Source: a virus
Taxonomy: Duplodnaviria > Caudoviricetes
Length of the DNA: 64,000 nucleotides
Direction: 5' to 3' (one strand)
Virus record (IMG/VR): IMGVR_UViG_3300037400_003675
Span: 276 to 64,275 of that record
Shown here: in pieces, positions 1 to 9,585 of the stretch
How the letters are laid out: each line of letters begins with the position of its first letter
Position numbering within the stretch: the first letter of the stretch is position 1
The notes under the pieces: model-generated
The model's database searches: none
Told to the model about the DNA's origin: nothing
What the model saw: only the letters and a program-made list of their open reading frames with translations
Translations under genes and position numbers: made by a program

Positions 1-1949
1 TCCTGGATATCGTCGTGCGTCCCTTCCATCGCCTCTATCTTTCCTCCCGGGACGTTCATCAGCCACATCGCCTCGTCCGCAGCATCCTGCGAGTATTCCA
101 TATAGTCCCCCTCCCTGATGCGGATGGAGTAATCGTCGTACGCCTGGTACTTGGACTGCTTGTTCATGTGCCAGCCGATGTGCCGTGTCTCCCTGTCCCG
201 CGTGTTGTCCGGGGCGGTGCGCCTGCGGTAGAGGTTCTCGTACAGGCCGCCGAGGGTGTCGAGGACGGTGTAGGTATGGTCGCCCTCGGACTTGTCCGCG
301 TCATCGGACTTCTTGTTCTTGGTATCGTAGGTGTTGGATTCTATCACGAGCAGCGCATCGTCATAGAAGGTCGCTATCTGTGCGGCCTTGTACGCGAGGA
401 TGTCGGGATCGACGTGCCCCCTCCAGAGTGCGGCCCTCTCCAGCGCCCCGAAATCCCCCGCGAGGGAGATGCGGTCGCACACCGAGATGACGGACCAGTC
501 GGACCGGTAGCCCCTGCCGCCCACGTCCACCGTCACGATGAAGCGGTTCTTCACCTTCTTCCCGGCAGGCGCTCCGTCCGTCGGCATTATCCATATCTTG
601 AGGACTTCGGTCTCCAGGGAATCGTTCGGATAGAGTTTCACGTTCTGCAGGGCCTTCTCCCCTATCGTGGCGTCGCCGCGGATGTCCCCGACGAACTTCG
701 GGGCCCTCACGCTCTTCTTCAGCCAGGAGAGCATCTCGTCGGTGAAGTACCTTCCGCTCTTGGTCTGGAACGCCTCTTCCGCCGTGGTGGGGTACTCCGA
801 CTTCATCTGGAAGTCCGTCCAATGCCGTGACTGCTTGTACTGATTGTACCAATAGATGCCGTCAAGTGTCGCGCCCTGCTCCCATTGCCACCAGTTGTAT
901 TCCGTCCAGGTCGCCACGAACTCTTCCGTGCTGCCGTATCTGTTGAAGTACGGGGTGGTGTACCGCGCATCGACATACCACGCCACGAATACCGGGCGTA
1001 TTCCCGTCACCCCTTTCTTCTTGTTGTCCAGGGCCGCGAGGTACTGACGGTGGAAATAGTTCCCCACGCCCTTCGCGGTGGACTCCATCACTATCATCGT
1101 GCCGGGCACGTCGGGGACGGTGGAGTAGAGCGCCATTGCCACGTCATCGCCCTTCGCCTCCTTAGTGTCCTTCCACAAGCCCACCTCGGACATATGCACG
1201 AGGGAGAAGTCGAAGGAGCGGAGCGCATCCGGCTTGGTCGCGGAGCCTATCTGCACACGGCATCCCCTCTCCGGTATGATCCTTATCAGTTCCGTCCCCT
1301 CGAACCTCTTGAACGTCACGGGCTCGCTCCAATCGGGCAGCTTTGCGACGAGGTTCTTATACATCGTGCGGATGTTGACGGCCTGCGTCTGGTTGAGTGC
1401 GACGATGCAGGAGTGCCAGTTCTCGAACCAATACCTCTGCAGCCAGAACATATAGCACTGCGTTGCGGTGGAGCCGCCCCACTGCCTTGCCTTGACGAGA
1501 AGGACGCGGATGGGCACTCCTTCAAGCCGCTGCCGCTCGTATTCCCCTATGAGGATGCGCTGCCCCTCGTTGAGATAGAGGGGTATGTACCGCTTGGTCT
1601 CCTTGTCCTGTATTTTTATCGTGGTTGCTGCGCAGAACTCGAAGTCGTACTTCAGTCGCAGCTTGTAGAGGTGCTCCGTCACGGCGGTGATGTTGGATTC
1701 CGTCACCGGCTGTCCCGTCGCTTCCAGGAGCCCTTTCGCTCCGCGGTACTTGAGATAAGCCTTGACGAAATCATCCGCGAGCATCTGCAGCGGCACGAAG
1801 AAGGTCTCGCCCTCTATGACGAGCCGGCACCTCGGCACCACCTCTCCGTCGGGGTCGCCGCGGACGGGATCGTAGGTACGGAAGTATTTGTTCTTCCTTT
1901 CCTTGTTCAAGGCGAGCATCGCCTTTATGTCAACCGGCCCGTTCCTCAT
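1..1949 (-). CDS. terL: Terminase large subunit (C-terminus runs off the left edge)
   Basis: Manual translation from ATG 1949, which overlaps the upstream stop as ATGA. Contains LVKARQWGGST (Walker A), HMSEVGLW (Walker B), IVMESTAKGVG (coupling motif) and VDVGGRGYRSDWSV (RNase H-like nuclease start). Absent from the ORF track because no stop lies in the window. Confidence 0.92.
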   Translation of the reverse strand, partial: MRNGPVDIKAMLALNKERKNKYFRTYDPVRGDPDGEVVPRCRLVIEGETFFVPLQMLADDFVKAYLKYRGAKGLLEATGQPVTESNITAVTEHLYKLRLKYDFEFCAATTIKIQDKETKRYIPLYLNEGQRILIGEYERQRLEGVPIRVLLVKARQWGGSTATQCYMFWLQRYWFENWHSCIVALNQTQAVNIRTMYKNLVAKLPDWSEPVTFKRFEGTELIRIIPERGCRVQIGSATKPDALRSFDFSLVHMSEVGLWKDTKEAKGDDVAMALYSTVPDVPGTMIVMESTAKGVGNYFHRQYLAALDNKKKGVTGIRPVFVAWYVDARYTTPYFNRYGSTEEFVATWTEYNWWQWEQGATLDGIYWYNQYKQSRHWTDFQMKSEYPTTAEEAFQTKSGRYFTDEMLSWLKKSVRAPKFVGDIRGDATIGEKALQNVKLYPNDSLETEVLKIWIMPTDGAPAGKKVKNRFIVTVDVGGRGYRSDWSVISVCDRISLAGDFGALERAALWRGHVDPDILAYKAAQIATFYDDALLVIESNTYDTKNKKSDDADKSEGDHTYTVLDTLGGLYENLYRRRTAPDNTRDRETRHIGWHMNKQSKYQAYDDYSIRIREGDYMEYSQDAADEAMWLMNVPGGKIEAMEGTHDDIQ

Positions 1950-2278
1950 TGCTGCACACACTCCTCAAGATATGAAATCAGTTTCTCGTTGCGCCCCTTC
2001 ATGGCCTCGATTTCCTCGTTGGCGACACGGAGCTCGTCAAGGAGGTCCAGCGCTTTCTTCTGCAATTCGGGCAGGTTCACCTGCCGTGAACCCTTGTATT
2101 CCGAGAGGATGTTCAGCATCCGCCCCCGGCTGATTCCGTATCTGAGGGTGACTGCTTCGCAAGCCTCGCTGCGTGCGTCGGCCTGGGACAAGCCCTGCCG
2201 CAACCTGTTCCCGAATATCAGGTAGAAGAAGGTGGTTATCTCACCGTTCCTTTCAGTATCTCTGGCGTTTTTCTCCAT
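1946..2278 (-). CDS. 110-aa protein with a possible HTH (Mor/C-like regulator or small terminase candidate)
   Basis: Coupled to terL. AVTLRYGISRGRMLNIL resembles an HTH and is followed by a coiled coil. Function is inferred only. Confidence 0.55.
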   Translation of the reverse strand: MEKNARDTERNGEITTFFYLIFGNRLRQGLSQADARSEACEAVTLRYGISRGRMLNILSEYKGSRQVNLPELQKKALDLLDELRVANEEIEAMKGRNEKLISYLEECVQQ

Positions 2279-2298
2279 AGGACATACAACGTCTTACG

Positions 2299-2306
2299 CA
2301 AATGTA
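2299..2306 (-). promoter_or_regulatory. Bacteroidota-type -7 promoter element TACATTTG for the terminase operon
   Basis: Matches TAnnTTTG about 20 nt upstream of ATG 2278. Confidence 0.6.
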
Positions 2307-2323
2307 CGAAAAAAAGTTCAGAT

Positions 2324-2340
2324 TTTCACATTTTGTGAAA
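2324..2340. promoter_or_regulatory. Palindromic operator-like site TTTCACA-TTT-TGTGAAA
   Basis: Perfect 7-bp arms in a divergent intergenic region. The core recurs at 43830-43844. Confidence 0.6.
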
Positions 2341-2392
2341 GTTATTTGGCTTTAATGCAGTATTTTTACGCAAACAAAAAGTTTTTTTTGCT

Positions 2393-3160
2393 ATGGCCGA
2401 AGAAAAAGAAAACATTATTCCCCCCGCTCCGGCGACGCCGAAGTACAGGGAGAGACTGAAAGCCCGCTACCCGGACAGCGCTCCCCAGTCGGACGAGGAA
2501 TGGGACGACCTGGCGGAGAGGGCCTTCGCCGAGGACGCCGACAAGATAGGGAACTTCGAGAAGAACGACAAGGTCATCCAGGATCTGCTTGATTCCGACA
2601 AGGACCTTGCCGCCGTGGTCTCCGAGATGATTGTCAACGGCACCCCGTTCCGTGCTGCGGTCGCGAAGTACTACGACCCCGAGTCCCTCGTCGCCAAGGA
2701 AGGTGACGAAGATTACGAGTATTACCAGAAGTCCGTCGAGGACAGGAAGAAGGCAGGGCAGGAGTTCCGTGCCCGCGCTGCCGAAAGGCGGAACAACTCC
2801 CAGAGCGCGTACGACAACATCGACGCCTTCGCGGAGAAGAACGGCATGACTCCCGAGCAGAAGAAGGGCTTCCTCGATTATATCAACGACTTCTACAACG
2901 ACCTCTCGATGCTCAAGCTCTCCCCCGAGATGCTGGACAAGCTGTATAAGGCCATGAACTACGACAAGGACGTGGCAGCTGCAGCGGCTACCGGCGAGAT
3001 AGAGGGAAAGAACCAGGCCATCGAGGCGAAGCGCGTGAAGGCCGCGGACAGCGCCGCCGGTGACGGCATCCCCACTCCCAAGGGTGGCAGTTCGCCCGCC
3101 CGCGACAAGGAGCCGGCTCCCAAGACCATCTTTGACGACCTACCTAAAAGAATATTCTAA
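2393..3160 (+). CDS. Putative capsid scaffolding protein
   Basis: Acidic, helical 255-aa protein directly upstream of the capsid gene. Confidence 0.6.
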   Translation: MAEEKENIIPPAPATPKYRERLKARYPDSAPQSDEEWDDLAERAFAEDADKIGNFEKNDKVIQDLLDSDKDLAAVVSEMIVNGTPFRAAVAKYYDPESLVAKEGDEDYEYYQKSVEDRKKAGQEFRARAAERRNNSQSAYDNIDAFAEKNGMTPEQKKGFLDYINDFYNDLSMLKLSPEMLDKLYKAMNYDKDVAAAAATGEIEGKNQAIEAKRVKAADSAAGDGIPTPKGGSSPARDKEPAPKTIFDDLPKRIF

Positions 3161-3180
3161 ATCTACATTCAACAAGCAGT

Positions 3181-4602
3181 ATGAAAAAGTTTATCCATTC
3201 AATCATGTCGGTGCTGTTCTGCGTAGTGGCAGTGGCATCCGTGCTTAACGTCGCAGGCGTTAGCGTAGAGAGCGTGCCATTGGTAGATGCTCTCATCAAC
3301 TTCTTCTCCATCGGTGGAATCGGTGGATTCTCTATCGCAGTTGTCGGAGCGGGTACCGCCGAGGTGACTGAAACACAGGCAGGCGAGCCTACCGGCATTA
3401 CCGTAGTCAGCGGCGTAGTCAATGGCAACGGCATCCAGGAGAACGGATACCTGGATGATGACCTGAACATGAAACTCGTTTACATCCGCCCGCAGGATAC
3501 ACCTACAGACACTTTCACCCGCTCCATCGCCAACAACCAGAAGAGCGAGAGCTGGGAGGCCGGCGGCTGGGAAATCGGTACCCGCGAGACCCGCGATACC
3601 GTGAAGGCAAACGTGCTCGCATCCGCAACCGCCATCAAGGTTGACAACCCTGATATGTGGAAGCCCACCGACGTGTTCGTCGTCCACGCGATCGACGCCG
3701 GCGGCAACGACGCGGGCCCTATGCTCGACGGCAGCAGCAAACCTGTCGCCTGCATCATCAAGAGCATCAGCGGTGATACTCTCACCGTCCAGCGCGTAGG
3801 TGCGGACTACACTGCCGCCCTTCCCGCCATCTCCGAGGACTACATCCTCGCCCGTCTCTCCCCTGCAGTCAGCGAGCTTGAGGCATCCGTGGAGGGCTAC
3901 GCCATCCAGCCTTCGCCCCGCCACTACTACAACCAGACTCACATGACACAGGTGGAAGAGTCCGTCATCCACGGCCTCCTGAAGAAGAAGGTCGCAATGG
4001 ACTTCTCCGTGTATAAGGAGCAGACCCTCTGGGACTTCAAGCGCGGCATGGAGTTCACCAACCTCTTCGGCATCGGCGGCATCTCCAAGAACGCCAAGGG
4101 CGAGCCCGTCCACCACTCCACCGGTCTTTGGTGGCAGATGGACCAGCAGTCCTCGGTGGACTTCTCCGCAGCCATGTCCGACCAGGACTGGAACGCCATC
4201 GGCAAGGACATCTTCGAGGGTAACAACGGCGCCGACCGCAGGTTCCTGTTCGCCGGCAACGACCTCCTCGCACAGATCGCCAACGCCAAGTCCTACCAGA
4301 AGCAGCTGGAGGCAAAGAACACCGAGCTCGTCCTCGGTCTCCGCGTTTACAAGATCGAGACTCCTTTCGGGGAACTGCTCGTCAAGCCTATGGGCAGCCT
4401 GTTCAATGGCTACTTCAGCAAGTGCGGTATGGTCATAGACCCCAACTTCGTACTCAAGTACATCATGGAGCCTCTCCAGACCACCAACCTCGAACTGGAC
4501 AAGACCGGCCAGCGCCGCGTTGACAACGCAGTGCGTATCCACGAGACCTACAGTCTCTTCCTGGAGAACCTGCCCTGCCATCGCAGGATTGTCCCGGCTT
4601 AA
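3181..4602 (+). CDS. Major capsid protein (SU10/DUF5309-like) with hydrophobic N-terminal leader
   Basis: 473 aa, follows the scaffold gene, strong codon bias, followed by a terminator. Family resemblance is from recall, not a search. Confidence 0.75.
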   Translation: MKKFIHSIMSVLFCVVAVASVLNVAGVSVESVPLVDALINFFSIGGIGGFSIAVVGAGTAEVTETQAGEPTGITVVSGVVNGNGIQENGYLDDDLNMKLVYIRPQDTPTDTFTRSIANNQKSESWEAGGWEIGTRETRDTVKANVLASATAIKVDNPDMWKPTDVFVVHAIDAGGNDAGPMLDGSSKPVACIIKSISGDTLTVQRVGADYTAALPAISEDYILARLSPAVSELEASVEGYAIQPSPRHYYNQTHMTQVEESVIHGLLKKKVAMDFSVYKEQTLWDFKRGMEFTNLFGIGGISKNAKGEPVHHSTGLWWQMDQQSSVDFSAAMSDQDWNAIGKDIFEGNNGADRRFLFAGNDLLAQIANAKSYQKQLEAKNTELVLGLRVYKIETPFGELLVKPMGSLFNGYFSKCGMVIDPNFVLKYIMEPLQTTNLELDKTGQRRVDNAVRIHETYSLFLENLPCHRRIVPA

Positions 4603-4623
4603 TGCCATTAACACTATAAACGA

Positions 4624-4662
4624 GAAAGGCGGTGGCGCACAGGACCGCCGCCTTTCTTTCTT
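4624..4662 (+). terminator. Rho-independent terminator after the capsid gene
   Basis: GAAAGGCGG...CCGCCTTTC stem followed by a T-rich tail. Confidence 0.7.
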
Positions 4663-4676
4663 AAAAACCGAAGATT

Positions 4677-5123
4677 ATGTCAAAGAAAACATACAGGACA
4701 TACACCCTTAAAGGGCTCTGCATCAGGACGCAGGATGCTGCAGGTCGCAGCATAGAAGCCATCTTCCGCGGAGGGGTCCAGTTGGGCGCTACCGCCAAGT
4801 TCACCACCTCCGACAAGAAAGTGCAGGAGGCCCTGGAGAAATCCCGAGGGTTCAACAGGGACTTCTATCTCGAATCCACCGTGGAGAAGGAGGTGAAGCC
4901 GGAGGCTCCCGCAGACGAGCCGGCAAAGGCTCCTGCCAAGCAGGCTCCCGTGGAGACTCCCCCCGCAGACATCGTGGACTCCCGCCGTTTCCGCAACCTT
5001 ATAGAGATGAAGGATGCGCTCAGGGAGAAGGGCGTGGAGGTCAAGGATGAATGGAACTATCCTGCAGCCAAGGCCGCAGCGCTCAAGGTCGGACTTGACT
5101 ATCAGATCCAGAAATCAAAGTAA
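4677..5123 (+). CDS. Hypothetical head-associated protein
   Basis: 148-aa ORF with a P/A-rich linker and a small helical C-terminal domain, in the structural operon. Confidence 0.6.
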   Translation: MSKKTYRTYTLKGLCIRTQDAAGRSIEAIFRGGVQLGATAKFTTSDKKVQEALEKSRGFNRDFYLESTVEKEVKPEAPADEPAKAPAKQAPVETPPADIVDSRRFRNLIEMKDALREKGVEVKDEWNYPAAKAAALKVGLDYQIQKSK

Positions 5124-5789
5124 ATGAACAGGGCAAAACTCATACAGGCCGTAGTGCTCCGGATGGACGAAATCACGCCCGACGCCGGGCTTAGTGTCGC
5201 CGTGGACGGAGCCGACGGAAACCCCTTGTACGAACTCGTGGGGGGATTGCTGGATGACGGGGCTCTGGAGTTGTTCTCCACCGCCCAGTACTGGCGTCTC
5301 CCGCAGACCGCGTTCGCCGGCTCCGCAATCGGTTTCGAGACCGTCGGAGCAAGGAAGGTCCTTCGCCTGAAACTCGGCGATGACTTTCTCCGGGTGGCCG
5401 AGATATCCTGCCCTGACTTCAAGCGCCCCGTGACCGAGGTGTTCCCCGAACAGACCCCTGAAGGCAAGCGCCAGCACAATCCTTTCCTCATGGGCAAGGA
5501 GGCAAAGCCGGTGGGGGTGCTGTCCCACGGGACCTGGAACGGAGCACAGTGCCGGGAGATAGACTGCTATTCGCTTCCTTCCGGCTCCACGACCACGGCA
5601 AGCGATGTGGTCGCGTCATACATCGCCAAGCCTGCGGAAATCACGGGATTGGTGACCATAGAAGATATCATCCCCGAGATACTCATACCCGCCCTGGAGT
5701 GGATAGTCGCTGCCAAGGCGTTCGGTGCGAGGGGGGATGTAAACCATGCGGCAGTCTGCCAGCAGAATGCCAACAACCTTTTGATATAG
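5124..5789 (+). CDS. Putative head-tail adaptor / structural protein
   Basis: 221 aa, abuts the previous gene. Call rests on position. Confidence 0.5.
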   Translation: MNRAKLIQAVVLRMDEITPDAGLSVAVDGADGNPLYELVGGLLDDGALELFSTAQYWRLPQTAFAGSAIGFETVGARKVLRLKLGDDFLRVAEISCPDFKRPVTEVFPEQTPEGKRQHNPFLMGKEAKPVGVLSHGTWNGAQCREIDCYSLPSGSTTTASDVVASYIAKPAEITGLVTIEDIIPEILIPALEWIVAAKAFGARGDVNHAAVCQQNANNLLI

Positions 5790-5795
5790 CACGCA

Positions 5796-6644
5796 ATGAA
5801 GGCCGTCGAAACAAGCATCGGATTCAATCCGGGATTCCCTTATCCTCCCGGCCTATACCGCTCGGTGTGGGACCTTATCTGCAACACCCTCTTCGTGGAG
5901 GCTCCGATAGGTCTTGAGACCGAGGGGCTCATTCCCGACGTTACGGTGTGGTACGAGGAAGTCATAACCTGCACTTCGGATGAATATCCGTATTCGTTCA
6001 AGATTATGCTCTCGTCCGGGGATGTCATTCCCAAGCCCTCCGACATCATCTTCTTCAAGCGGAATTTCTACATAATCGGCTCGGTCTCCCAGACCGCAGA
6101 TCCGTCCGGTCTCGAATACGACTGCACCGGTTGCACGAGGATGGAGATGTCGGTGCTGGGCGTGTACTCGGAGCTGGTGAACCTCTCCCGCGTGATGACC
6201 GAATCGGAGAACGGCAGGGTATCGGCAGAGGAAGGGCGCGTGCTTGCGGAAGGAACGAGGGAGTCGAACGAGGAGGCAAGGCAGCGGGGCGAGGCTTCCC
6301 GCAATCTGGCGTTCGCCGAATCGCAGGAGCAGAGGGCAGCTGCGTTCTCGCAGGAGCAGACCGACAGGGCCATTGCCTTCGCGGCCGAGAAAGCAAGCAG
6401 GGAAGAATACATCAGAACCCTTTTCGCCCCGCGCGTAGTGCCGGGGGTCGTGTTGGTAGATATCGAGACCAACCAAAAGGTATTCATATCAGATGACGAG
6501 CACGACACCCCGGGTGAGGCCCGTCAGCTCTTCCAGCAGGGATACAGGGTACACCTGACCATCCCCAGCGGGAAGAGGGAAGAAATAATTGCCGACAGCG
6601 GAGAGGCCCTCCTCACCCTCAGCGGCTGGAAGTGGAACTATTAA
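5796..6644 (+). CDS. Structural protein with central coiled coil
   Basis: 282 aa with an EEARQRGEASR...EQTDRA helical segment, in the structural operon. Confidence 0.55.
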   Translation: MKAVETSIGFNPGFPYPPGLYRSVWDLICNTLFVEAPIGLETEGLIPDVTVWYEEVITCTSDEYPYSFKIMLSSGDVIPKPSDIIFFKRNFYIIGSVSQTADPSGLEYDCTGCTRMEMSVLGVYSELVNLSRVMTESENGRVSAEEGRVLAEGTRESNEEARQRGEASRNLAFAESQEQRAAAFSQEQTDRAIAFAAEKASREEYIRTLFAPRVVPGVVLVDIETNQKVFISDDEHDTPGEARQLFQQGYRVHLTIPSGKREEIIADSGEALLTLSGWKWNY

Positions 6645-6657
6645 AACAGACAATATC

Positions 6658-8910
6658 ATGGCAACAACAAAGGATGAAGTTCGCAAACGAGCCCATAACT
6701 TCCGCGGGGCTAACAGGGAGTTCTCCCAGGAGATGCCCCCGTTGGTAGATGGCCTCCTTGAGCTGATCGAGGACGCCGAGGGACCGGAAGTGGTTGACTC
6801 TCTTACCTCGAACAGCACGACCAAGGCCCTGTCCGCAAACCAGGGCAAGGTCCTCAAGACTCTGGTGGACGCGAAGGTGGACACCCCTGAAAGCACCGGA
6901 GAGCCGGGGCAGGTGCTCCAGCTGGATGCCAACGGCGACCCCGACTGGGTTACGCCTTCTGCCGGCACCACCCCCGACTCCGTAATGTCGGATGACTCCA
7001 CCAACGCCATCCAGAACAAGGTGGTGAAGAAATATGTGGACGATACCGCAGCAGAGAAGGCCAATATCGACGGCTACTACGCCAGTCTCGTTTCGGGCGC
7101 AGCGGAGAACCTCGTAGGCCACGGCAGCGTTCCGGCAGAGTACATCTTCCGTACTTCGGGTGGTGATGCCGACCTCGGTACAGGCACTGCGAAGATTACC
7201 AAGATGAAAGGTAACAGCATCGTGTGGAACCAGCTGGTGCAGAACGGCAATTTTGCCGATGGTGCAACGGGATGGACATATCCTTCGGACGCGGCAGTAT
7301 CCGTGGCGGACGGGGTGATAACTCTCAACCTTGACGCAAGCGGCAGCACCCAGCAACTCAACCTTACCAAGAGCAACTTCCCCTATGTGACGGGGCATAA
7401 ATATTTTATCCTTGCATTTGTGAAGTGCAACAACGCGAGCACGCAGGTTGCGCTCATACCCACCGGCACAACCGCGGACGGATATGTGTCTGCGGCCTAT
7501 TATGCCAATTGGACGCCCGTGGCGATGATATGGACGCGAGTGGGGACATCTGCGAGCTTGCAGGTGCGTGGCAACAACGCCACTGACCCCAGCGCGGACA
7601 TAGACTTCTCCGTGAAGTATTTTATGTGCATCGACCTCACCCTGGAGTTCGGAGCTGGCAACGAGCCTGCAACTATTGCCGAGTTCCAGGCCCTTTATCC
7701 TCTCCTCTACTATGCCTACACCGCTGGTGTCATCGTGAACAACGGAGCCGCCAAAATCAAGACCACGGGTTTCAACCAGTGGGACGAGGTGGCAGAAGTC
7801 GGCAACATAAGCGGACAAACGGGAGAGAAGGTGGCAGAAGCAGGGCGTATCCGCACAAAGAACTATATCCCCGTATTCGGTGGGGTAAACTACTATATGC
7901 AAATTCCTTCTCCGTACCTAATCCGAGCATTTTATTATGATGCAGATAAGAACTATATCGGTGGGGAAAGTGGTTTCAATGCCGCTGGAATTAGAACTAC
8001 GCCTTCTAATTGTGCGTATATGATGTTTGCCGTGTCATCTTCTTACGGCGACACCTACAACAACAATATCTGCATCAACCTTTTTTGGAGTGGTTACAAG
8101 AACGGCGAGTACCATGCCCATTGGGAGGAGGAAAAGGAACTCAACATCAAGACCATCACTGGCGTTGCTGCCGGAGGTTCAGAGAGCGAGGTCATCTTCC
8201 CCGAAGGAATGAGGCGTGCCGGCACTGCCTACGATGAACTCGTGGTGGACTCCGATGGCTGGGCAAGAAAGGCTATCAAGAGGATAGGTGTTGTGGATTT
8301 GGGGGATTTGACTTATAACTATAACGCAGAAGATGAACGATTTACCGCATCGTTGCCTTTGGTGAAATTGGCTGGCGCGGTGGTGTGTTCCAACTATGTA
8401 TCCGCGACCGCATCGGCAATCGTGGGTAAAACTATTGATAAAGCCGTTGCTATATCGGGTTCCTCCGCGGTATTGATGGTGCGCGACACTGCCTACACTG
8501 ATGCCGACACCTTCGCTGCAGCGATGGACGGAGTCGGGCTCAACTACGAACTCGCAGAACCCGTTGAGTACTCCCTTGACGAGCCTATCTATATGGGCTA
8601 CCGTGTGGATGACTTCGGCACGGAGGAAAGGCTCCCCGCAGACACTGCAAGCGAGGTACAGGCTCCTATCACCTACGAGGTTCAGTACGCGATGAACGCA
8701 GTTGACACCATTCGCCGACTGCCTCAGAACTACATCAGCAAGTCATCCTTTGACAACTTCTGCACCGAACTTTCCACCAAACTCGGTACGGCGCTCGGTA
8801 AGACCATAACCATTGACGCAGACTACAACACCGAGACTCAGGAGTATGACTATGACATAACCATAGCCGATGCGGAATCGCAGTCTGCCGGTGGTAACGA
8901 ATCCGAATAA
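6658..8910 (+). CDS. Tail fibre / receptor-binding-like structural protein (750 aa)
   Basis: Start at MATTKDEV. Contains VVDSLTSNSTTKALSANQGKVLK-type fibre repeats and a beta-rich WNQLVQNGNF domain. Lower GC than its neighbours. Confidence 0.65.
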   Translation: MATTKDEVRKRAHNFRGANREFSQEMPPLVDGLLELIEDAEGPEVVDSLTSNSTTKALSANQGKVLKTLVDAKVDTPESTGEPGQVLQLDANGDPDWVTPSAGTTPDSVMSDDSTNAIQNKVVKKYVDDTAAEKANIDGYYASLVSGAAENLVGHGSVPAEYIFRTSGGDADLGTGTAKITKMKGNSIVWNQLVQNGNFADGATGWTYPSDAAVSVADGVITLNLDASGSTQQLNLTKSNFPYVTGHKYFILAFVKCNNASTQVALIPTGTTADGYVSAAYYANWTPVAMIWTRVGTSASLQVRGNNATDPSADIDFSVKYFMCIDLTLEFGAGNEPATIAEFQALYPLLYYAYTAGVIVNNGAAKIKTTGFNQWDEVAEVGNISGQTGEKVAEAGRIRTKNYIPVFGGVNYYMQIPSPYLIRAFYYDADKNYIGGESGFNAAGIRTTPSNCAYMMFAVSSSYGDTYNNNICINLFWSGYKNGEYHAHWEEEKELNIKTITGVAAGGSESEVIFPEGMRRAGTAYDELVVDSDGWARKAIKRIGVVDLGDLTYNYNAEDERFTASLPLVKLAGAVVCSNYVSATASAIVGKTIDKAVAISGSSAVLMVRDTAYTDADTFAAAMDGVGLNYELAEPVEYSLDEPIYMGYRVDDFGTEERLPADTASEVQAPITYEVQYAMNAVDTIRRLPQNYISKSSFDNFCTELSTKLGTALGKTITIDADYNTETQEYDYDITIADAESQSAGGNESE

Positions 8911-8924
8911 ATGGAGGAAACGAT

Positions 8925-9083
8925 ATGGATAACATTACAATCAAGAACTTACCGAACGGCTATGTCGAGCTGAAGGCAAATGCCGGCTACTCCCTGTTTT
9001 CGCTGGATCTCGAAAGGGTCGTGTCGGAAGCGGTGGTGAAACCTGAAGGAATCAAGGACTTTATCGCTAAAGCGGAGGATTAA
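8925..9083 (+). CDS. 52-aa hypothetical protein (MDNITIKNLPNG...)
   Basis: Manual translation. GGAGG lies upstream and the ORF fills the gap before the holin. Confidence 0.65.
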   Translation: MDNITIKNLPNGYVELKANAGYSLFSLDLERVVSEAVVKPEGIKDFIAKAED

Positions 9084-9086
9084 GCA

Positions 9087-9584
9087 ATGGTCGCCGAATT
9101 TCTCTCTCACTACAATATGTACTGCACCAAGATTTGCGCAGGCATATTCGCGGGTATAGCCGCATCCTTCACGAATGACCTTATGCCGCTTTTCGTCATC
9201 GTCCTCATATTTGAGGTCGCAGACTTCGGTACGGGGGTATGGAAAAGCGCGGTGGTCGCGAAACGCAACCACAAGCAGTTCGCTTTCCAGAGTATCAAGG
9301 CGTGGCGCACCATCGTGAAACTTGCGCTTATGCTGCTCGTCATCTTCCTCTCCGAAATGCTCGGAAAGACACTTGCCGAGGATGGGGAAAGGTGGAGGCT
9401 CGCCAACTATATGACGGGATTCCTCTGCGGCGTGGAGCTGTGGAGTGTCCTTGAAAATGCGGCGGTCATAAGCGAGCACCCCGTGTTCAGGTGGCTGCGC
9501 AAGTTTATGAAGTTCAAGGTGGAGGACAAGTTGGGGATGAAGTTCGAGGACGCACAAGACGAAACCACAAAAAAAGGGAACTGA
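9087..9584 (+). CDS. Holin (phage holin 4_1-like)
   Basis: Three hydrophobic segments, DFGTG and ELWSVLEN motifs, upstream of the endolysin candidate. Confidence 0.8.
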   Translation: MVAEFLSHYNMYCTKICAGIFAGIAASFTNDLMPLFVIVLIFEVADFGTGVWKSAVVAKRNHKQFAFQSIKAWRTIVKLALMLLVIFLSEMLGKTLAEDGERWRLANYMTGFLCGVELWSVLENAAVISEHPVFRWLRKFMKFKVEDKLGMKFEDAQDETTKKGN

Positions 9585-9585
9585 C

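Noticed and set aside
885-2225. Long + strand ORFs over the terminase (15-830, 885-2225)
   Set aside because: They are antisense shadows of the GC-biased minus-strand terminase gene, which carries all the recognisable motifs.
3199-4614. 471-aa antisense ORF over the capsid gene, and similar long antisense ORFs (6619-7902, 25459-26673, 45982-47505, 48595-49962, 54622-56514)
   Set aside because: Exact antisense-frame ORFs are expected from strong codon bias; they have no motifs and typical shadow composition.
6589-6657. Programmed frameshift or overlap between 5796-6644 and the tail fibre gene
   Set aside because: The extension comes from an alternative start codon; ATG 6658 has a good A-rich context and no slippery site was seen.
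6658-8910. Diversity-generating retroelement acting on the tail fibre
   Set aside because: No reverse transcriptase and no template/variable repeat pair differing at adenines was seen in the window.
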